This document shows positions 50,677 to 56,024 of a stretch of DNA of 56,024 nt, piece by piece. The notes under the pieces were generated by a model, which saw only the letters and a program-made list of their open reading frames with translations, was not told where the DNA came from and did not search any database. Source of the DNA: Planctomycetaceae bacterium (GTDB taxonomy: Bacteria > Planctomycetota > Planctomycetia > Planctomycetales > Planctomycetaceae); the NCBI GenBank assembly GCA_043738805.1, contig JAYUFI010000999.1, positions 1-56,024 on the forward strand, read 5' to 3'. The translations under genes and the position numbers were made by a program. Position 1 is the first letter of the stretch. Each line of letters starts with the position of its first letter.

Positions 50677-51222
50677 ATGAACCAGCGAATTGTGATGCGA
50701 ACGGGAGAAGCCTTGGTCGAAGCCGCACCAGCTTGGTCGGCAGCGGAGCCGGAAGTGATTATCGGCGAACTCGACGGGCCGGTTGGTCATGCGATTGCCA
50801 ATTTGATCGGTGACCAAATCAAAGGTCACTCGCGCGTCTTTGCGATTCTGAATTGTGACGTTCAAGTCCGTCCGGCGACGGTGATGGTCAGCAAAGTGAC
50901 CGTCAACAACGAGAAATATACGAACATTCTAATGGGGACCGTGCAGGCCGCGATCGCCAACGGAGTGCTCGATGCCGTTCGCGCGGGAGACATCCCGAAG
51001 GAGAAAGCGAATGATCTCGGTATCATCGTTTCGGTGTGGCTCGATCCCAGTGTGGTCAACCTCGAGATCGATCACAGCATCCTGTTCCAAACTCATCGAG
51101 CAGCCATCGCCAAGGCGATTCACAAAGCGATGCACTGCGAACCGTCGATTGACTGGCTCTTGGAAAACCAAGACAAAGTCACACACTGTTTCCACCAAAT
51201 GGCTCTCGACGGCCAGATCTGA
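50677..51222 (+). CDS. fae: formaldehyde-activating enzyme (Fae) family protein
   Basis: ATG at 50677 follows GAGGAC. RTGEALVEAAPAWSAAEPEVIIGELDGPVGHAIANLIG...VRPATVMVSKVTVNNEKYTNILMGTVQAAIANGVLDAV..IPKEKANDLGIIVSVWL parallels the Fae sequence as I recall it. Confidence 0.75.
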   Translation: MNQRIVMRTGEALVEAAPAWSAAEPEVIIGELDGPVGHAIANLIGDQIKGHSRVFAILNCDVQVRPATVMVSKVTVNNEKYTNILMGTVQAAIANGVLDAVRAGDIPKEKANDLGIIVSVWLDPSVVNLEIDHSILFQTHRAAIAKAIHKAMHCEPSIDWLLENQDKVTHCFHQMALDGQI

Positions 51223-51253
51223 CCGATGCGGCTGTGATTGAAGGAACTCCCAA

Positions 51254-51775
51254 ATGTGTCCAATCCGTTCGGTCGCGTTATTGCTGAGCCTCTCGTTCGC
51301 TGTGCTTCCTGCTTCAGCGGACGCACAGCAGCTCGCAATTCAGCAACCTGTCGTGGGCATGACTGCGGTCAATACAACGGTAATCGTCCCGAACCGTGGA
51401 CAGATTCAATTGGGGGGAGCATCACGAGCGCAGTCATCTCGTCAGCAATCTGGTTTTGGTTTGCGCGGATCGAGCCTTGGCCTGTCACGCTCGTCGACCT
51501 CAGTTTCGGCGAGCGTCACGATTATCGACTTGCATGAGATGGACGAAGCTATTTTGAATTCGGTGCCGTCGCCCCCCAGTGACCGACCGTCACGGAATTT
51601 CGTTCGCGAAGTGGCCCCGCGACTGATTGAGCAATCACCGCAGGACAAAGCTGCTCACTTTGAACGTCTCGCCCTGCGAGCCGCGAGCGAGGGACGAACG
51701 GGCGTCGCCAAACTCCATTGGGCGATGGCGGAAAAATACAACACGCTTGCGATGAAGACATCCCGGACGCGATGA
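51254..51775 (+). CDS. secreted hypothetical protein with secretin-C-terminus-like strands (tentative)
   Basis: Signal peptide: MCPIRSVALLLSLSFAVLPASADA. NTTVIVPNRGQIQLGGASR...SVSASVTIIDLHEMDE resembles the tv.vpdG.tvvlGG ... l.v.p.ii tail of secretin domains. Confidence 0.45.
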   Translation: MCPIRSVALLLSLSFAVLPASADAQQLAIQQPVVGMTAVNTTVIVPNRGQIQLGGASRAQSSRQQSGFGLRGSSLGLSRSSTSVSASVTIIDLHEMDEAILNSVPSPPSDRPSRNFVREVAPRLIEQSPQDKAAHFERLALRAASEGRTGVAKLHWAMAEKYNTLAMKTSRTR

Positions 51776-51993
51776 CGCTCTCTCAGAACGACGCTGCGGT
51801 TGAGCGACAGCGTCGGCACATATCTTCGACGCGGCCTCCGGTCGTCACTGGAATCCGCTCGGACTCCAGCGACGGGTCATAGCCATCGGCGTCCGATAGA
51901 CTTCATCACGGTCCTTGCTGTGATACACAATGTTGTGATCCACGACTTCCGACTGATCATTTGCGCCAAAAATCTGCTCCGCGACTTTGTCCC

Positions 51994-52899
51994 ATGATCA
52001 TCATTCCGATCAACACCGATGCACCGATCTATCACTGGCCGTGGATGACGCTGGTTTTGATCGTGGCGAACTGCGTGAGCTTCTACGTGACCAGTTTCGG
52101 CGCAGAGCCGACCGGTTGGATTTTGCAGTTCGGTCACGGGCTGCAACCCATTGAATGGGTCGCCTACAACTTTTTTCACTTCGGCTGGATGCACCTGATC
52201 GGCAACATGATTTTTTTGTGGGGCTTTGGCATTATCGTCGAAGGCAAAATCGGTTGGTGGCGGTTTCTGTTGGTGTATCTGTTGATCGGCGTGTTGGGCG
52301 GGTTGTTGATTCAGACGGTCATGCTCAGGCACGACAACCCGTTGAACCCAGGTGGTGGCGGTGCGTCGCTGGTGATCTATGGGCTGCTGGCAATGTGCGT
52401 GGTGTGGGCTCCCCGGAATGAGCTGGACCTGCTGATTTTTGCCCCCACGTTTATGTCATTTCGAGTCATCACGTACGAGGTTACGATCCTGACTTACGGA
52501 TTTTGGTATGTCGCGATGCAGTTGGTCTGTGCGTGGTGGAATGGGTTTTCGATGGGAGGCGAGGCCGGGCATTTGATCGGCGCGGTGTGGGGCTTCGGAA
52601 TCGCGCTGATGTTGCTCAAACTGCGCTGGGTCGATTGCGAGAACTGGGATTTGCTCGCTGTCTGGAACGGCACGTATGGCAAACCAGTGGGCTTCCGTGA
52701 TTGGGTTGATGAACTTCAGGTGACTCACCCACCCGGCAAGTATGGCGACGATGAAACCACTCCGATCAAAGCCCAGAAAAAACGAACGGTGTTTCGGCCG
52801 TCGATCTATCTTTCTGACGAACCCAAACGCCGTAAGCGGAAGACTGGCGGATCGCCGCCAACGACAGACGACGATCTCGGCACGCCGCCAACGAAGTGA
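51994..52899 (+). CDS. rhomboid-family intramembrane serine protease
   Basis: ATG at 51994. HFGWMHLIGNMIFLWGFGIIVEGKIG (HxxxN), GGGGASLVIYGLLA (GxS active site) and GEAGHLIGAVWGFGIA (catalytic His) are present, with a basic, Pro-rich tail. Confidence 0.8.
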   Translation: MIIIPINTDAPIYHWPWMTLVLIVANCVSFYVTSFGAEPTGWILQFGHGLQPIEWVAYNFFHFGWMHLIGNMIFLWGFGIIVEGKIGWWRFLLVYLLIGVLGGLLIQTVMLRHDNPLNPGGGGASLVIYGLLAMCVVWAPRNELDLLIFAPTFMSFRVITYEVTILTYGFWYVAMQLVCAWWNGFSMGGEAGHLIGAVWGFGIALMLLKLRWVDCENWDLLAVWNGTYGKPVGFRDWVDELQVTHPPGKYGDDETTPIKAQKKRTVFRPSIYLSDEPKRRKRKTGGSPPTTDDDLGTPPTK

Positions 52900-52935
52900 T
52901 TATTGGCGAGCGAATCTCAGCGCGGCTTGGCAATG

Positions 52936-53826
52936 CTACTTCTTCAAGTACGCGCTGACCTCTTCCGTTGTCATTCGCACTGATGCGCCTGCGGTGGGAA
53001 TCTCAACCTTAGCCGCCCAGAGGATGCTGTTGACGAGGAAGCGGCGATAGCCTGCTTCCGCCAGGCTGCTGTGAAGATGGGTGCCGGTGAAGGTGAATGA
53101 TCGACCGCCGTTGGAGCGGTCATAGAGCCACGCGACGATCGTATCGTTGCCGAGTTCTTGATTCGCCGCTTTCGGTGAGACGGTCCGCAACAGCGGAGTG
53201 ACTCCCTGCATCTCCGGGACGAATCGCAACTTGTAGAGCCAGCCGTCGTCGATCTTGAACGGCGTCACGCCGCGACTGACGGGGTGCTCGGCGAACTTCG
53301 AGAACTCCGTCACCCAGTGGGCTCGCTGCGAAAAGTCCTTTTCAAACGCAGCCCCCATCCAACTACGGGCTCGATCACCGAGTTCCTTTGGGTAGTCGAT
53401 CACTTGATGCAGATGGACCAAGCCGGCACCGTCGTCAGCGAGCTTCTGCACTTGAGTCATCCGATCGCCGGTCAACAGACCATGCTTGTCACCGCCGTCG
53501 AACAGCAACACGACCGCTTTCGCTCCGGCCAATGTCTCCGGCTTCTTCGGCCAATCGAGTGCCAACACCGGAAAGACTCCCGGCGTTTGCCTGAGCAGAT
53601 CGGCCAGTACCGCGCAGCCCGCAACGTATTCGTGTTCGCCCGGTTTGAAGACATTCGATCCCGCGATCAACACGATCTTGGTCAACTTGTAATCCGTTGG
53701 CAGCACTTCGATTTGATCGGCTGCTGGAAATTTGGAACCGGGCTCGGCGGCTGGCGTTTGTGGTGAAACGAGTGCGATGAGCGGCAACGCCAACATGAGC
53801 ACGATGGTTCGACAAGATGAGGGCAT
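52936..53826 (-). CDS. ThuA-domain (trehalose-utilisation-like) secreted protein
   Basis: ATG at 53826 gives a signal peptide (MPSSCRTIVLMLALPLIALVSPQTPAA). VLIAGSNVFKPGEHEY...AKAVVLLFDGGDKHGLL...LVHLHQ is present. Confidence 0.7.
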   Translation of the reverse strand: MPSSCRTIVLMLALPLIALVSPQTPAAEPGSKFPAADQIEVLPTDYKLTKIVLIAGSNVFKPGEHEYVAGCAVLADLLRQTPGVFPVLALDWPKKPETLAGAKAVVLLFDGGDKHGLLTGDRMTQVQKLADDGAGLVHLHQVIDYPKELGDRARSWMGAAFEKDFSQRAHWVTEFSKFAEHPVSRGVTPFKIDDGWLYKLRFVPEMQGVTPLLRTVSPKAANQELGNDTIVAWLYDRSNGGRSFTFTGTHLHSSLAEAGYRRFLVNSILWAAKVEIPTAGASVRMTTEEVSAYLKK

Positions 53827-54229
53827 CAACAGATCCTTAATTGAAAATTTGGGAGTGCGATGGCTCAACATCGCTTTGGATTTTGGATCGGCGAGAGTTT
53901 GACGTCGAACGACAAATCCTGCGAGCGGCGCAGAAGCCGTGATCTGCATTCGTGCTTCACAAAAATCGGTGGAAAGTTACCACGAAGACACAGAGAGAAG
54001 CGTTTAGAACAGGCGATGAATTCTCACGAGCGATCGGCTTCTCTGAAGCGCGCACGTCATCGGCGAACACAACTCGCGTGAGTTGCAGTCTCGGTCGGTA
54101 CGGCGACAATACCACCCCGCAATCGGTGGCACTCACGCTCTCCGACAACGTTCACTGATACACCGTGCTGTCGGTTCTGCGGTGAGACGTTGAGATGTTT
54201 TCACTTTCTCTTTCTGAAAGGTTTCTGCT

Positions 54230-54820
54230 GTGTCGACTCTCGTGCAAAATCCCGCTCCCGAATTCTCGGCGAAGGCGGTGGACGGTGGTAAATTTCGCCA
54301 AGTGACGTTGTCCGAATTCAAAGGTAAGTACGTCGTTCTTTTTTTCTATCCGCTCGACTTTACCTTCGTCTGCCCGACCGAAATCACGGCGTTCAGCGAC
54401 CAGGCTGACGAGTTCGCCAAACGCAACTGCCAAGTGCTTGGCGTGTCGGTCGATAGCCACTACACACATCTCGCTTGGACCAACGTGCCGCGCGAACAAG
54501 GTGGCCTGGGCGAGATCAAGTACCCGTTGATCGCCGATCTCACGAAGTCGATCGCTCGTGATTACGGCGTGCTGATCGAGAATGCCGGGATCGCACTTCG
54601 CGGTCTGTTCCTCATCGACAAGGCGGGCGTCGTTCGCCATCAATTGATCAACGACCTGCCGCTCGGACGCAGCGTGGATGAAGCGATCCGGATGCTTGAT
54701 GCGTTGCAGTTCTTTGAGCAGAACGGTGAAGTCTGCCCCGCCAACTGGAAGCCGGGCTCGGCAACGATCAAGCCCGATCCGGAAGGCTCGAAGAAGTACT
54801 TCGAGCAATGCACGAAGTAG
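54230..54820 (+). CDS. ahpC: typical 2-Cys peroxiredoxin (AhpC/Prx1 type)
   Basis: [21 protein letters not shown] is present, with the resolving Cys in ..[12 protein letters not shown]... The start is GTG. Confidence 0.93.
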   Translation: MSTLVQNPAPEFSAKAVDGGKFRQVTLSEFKGKYVVLFFYPLDFTFVCPTEITAFSDQADEFAKRNCQVLGVSVDSHYTHLAWTNVPREQGGLGEIKYPLIADLTKSIARDYGVLIENAGIALRGLFLIDKAGVVRHQLINDLPLGRSVDEAIRMLDALQFFEQNGEVCPANWKPGSATIKPDPEGSKKYFEQCTK

Positions 54821-54855
54821 TTCCCTGAGCGTTTGAGTTTTATTGCACGAAGCCT

Positions 54856-54940
54856 GAACCCCATCGAGCTCGTCTTGGTGGGGTTCGGGCCTTTGCACTA
54901 CGAACGGATTCACTTGGCAGGTTACTCGGCGTAGTGCAAA
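54856..54940. repeat. terminator-like hairpin plus inverted pair of a GTAGTGCAAA element downstream of ahpC
   Basis: GAACCCCA (54856-54863) pairs with TGGGGTTC (54879-54886). TTTGCACTACG (54892-54902) pairs with CGTAGTGCAAA (54930-54940), here with the heads facing inward. Confidence 0.65.
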
Positions 54941-55054
54941 AGCCCTTTACCGCTGAGGCAAGCTCAGTTGAGTTTGTGGCAACGTGAGCCGGGCTAATCG
55001 TGTCGCGTTCGCTGAAAACTAGGTTTGTATCGCCAGTGCGTTAGGTTGTTTCGC

Positions 55055-56024
55055 ATGTCCTCTTCGTTTCCGAGTTCGCGACGTCTGAAAGTGATGTTGC
55101 TCGTCCCGACACTCGATCAGTCGGGGGCCGAGAAACAGTTAGTGTTGCTGGCGTGTCGGTTGCCTCGCGATGAGTTTGATGTGCATGTCGTCGCGCTGAC
55201 TCGCGGTGGACCGTTTGCGGATGAACTGGCTAAACAGGGCGTGCGGTTGACGGTCCTCGGAAAGCGCTGGAAGTTCGATCCGGTCACGTTGTGGCGGCTG
55301 CGAAAGCTTATTCAACTCGAACAGCCCGACATTCTTCACACATGGTTGTTCGCGGCGAATGCGTACGGGCGATTGGTCGTCTGGCGGCAGATGCGTTCGC
55401 GACCGAAGATCATTGTGTCGGAGCGCTGCGTCGATGTTTGGAAGTCGGGTTGGCAACTGTGGCTCGATCAGAAATTGATCGGTCGCGCGGATCGGCTCAT
55501 CGGCAATTCGCGCGCGGTGGCGGAGTTCTATCGGTCGATCGGTTACCCGACTGACGTCGTGCGTGTGATTCACAACGGCATCGCGATCCCCGAATCACCG
55601 ACGCTGAGCCGCGAGTCATTGCTGGCCGATTTGGAGATTCCGGTCGGTTCTCCGGTGATCGGTTTCATTGGCCGAATGGCTCGGCAGAAGCGAGGTGAGG
55701 ACGTGATTTTCGCGATGGCGTTGGTCGCCATTTTGCGACCGGACGCGCATCTGTTGATGATTGGCGAAGGGCCGGAGCGGGACAAGCTGATGAAGTTTGC
55801 TCGCGATATCGGCATCGATCATCTTGTGCGGTTCACTGGGCATCGTGCTGACGCGGCGAAGTTTTTGTCGGTGATGGATGTGTTTTGGTTGGCCAGCGAT
55901 TTCGAGGGGCTGTCGAACAGCCTCATGGAAGCAATGGCTGCCGGGGTTCCGTGCATCGCGAGCGACATTCCGCCGAACCGCGAACTCGTCGTGGACGGCG
56001 AGACCGGATTTGTGGTGCGCGTCG
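55055..56024 (+). CDS. GT4-family (GT-B fold) glycosyltransferase, 3'-partial at window edge
   Basis: This ORF is not in the ORF track because it has no stop before the window end. Hand translation from ATG 55055 gives MSSSFPSSRRLKVMLLVPTLDQSGAEKQLVLLA...GFIGRMARQKR...FWLASDFEGLSNSLMEAMAAGVPCIASDIPPNRELVVDGETGF (E-x7-E type motif). Confidence 0.85.
   Translation, partial: MSSSFPSSRRLKVMLLVPTLDQSGAEKQLVLLACRLPRDEFDVHVVALTRGGPFADELAKQGVRLTVLGKRWKFDPVTLWRLRKLIQLEQPDILHTWLFAANAYGRLVVWRQMRSRPKIIVSERCVDVWKSGWQLWLDQKLIGRADRLIGNSRAVAEFYRSIGYPTDVVRVIHNGIAIPESPTLSRESLLADLEIPVGSPVIGFIGRMARQKRGEDVIFAMALVAILRPDAHLLMIGEGPERDKLMKFARDIGIDHLVRFTGHRADAAKFLSVMDVFWLASDFEGLSNSLMEAMAAGVPCIASDIPPNRELVVDGETGFVVRV

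Overview
This is a high-GC chromosomal segment, with hand-counted 60-nt lines mostly around 55-62% G+C. Its gene content is typical of Planctomycetota (Pirellulales-like). Hallmark families present are DUF1549/DUF1553 (PSCyt2/PSD1), a PSCyt1-WD40 protein, a DUF1559 prepilin-like protein, HTH-fused signalling proteins and a Fae homologue. Most of the window is housekeeping or metabolic: gpsA, a prepilin peptidase, an amtB / PII / PII / glnD nitrogen module, two SAM methyltransferases, the tail-specific protease Prc, a YhdT-like protein plus a Na+/solute symporter, an MlrC-type peptidase, a Tat-exported three-subunit xanthine-dehydrogenase-family molybdoenzyme, a PfkB kinase, gnd, PP2C, a PIG-L deacetylase, a histidine kinase/response regulator pair, surE, fae, a rhomboid protease, a ThuA-like protein, ahpC and a 3'-partial glycosyltransferase. 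Two things stand out. (1) At about 21.4-24.9 kb there is an accessory island that is AT-richer than its flanks. It holds a 5'-truncated rve transposase gene, an N-terminally truncated Rhs core fragment with a C-terminal toxin domain, and two further toxin-tip plus immunity-like gene pairs. The cassettes are separated by three copies of a conserved junction repeat. (2) Intergenic regions, and one coding region, carry short palindromic elements. At least five sequence-distinct families share a GT(A/G)G head next to a hairpin and occur as inverted doublets, the REP/REPIN architecture. I also flag an amtB-adjacent PII paralogue whose T-loop lacks the uridylylation tyrosine, a planctomycete-specific heme-motif/WD40/coiled-coil gene cluster, and several unusual domain fusions or insertions. 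I found no rRNA, tRNA or CRISPR array. All calls rest on reading the translations and the DNA by eye; no database search was run.
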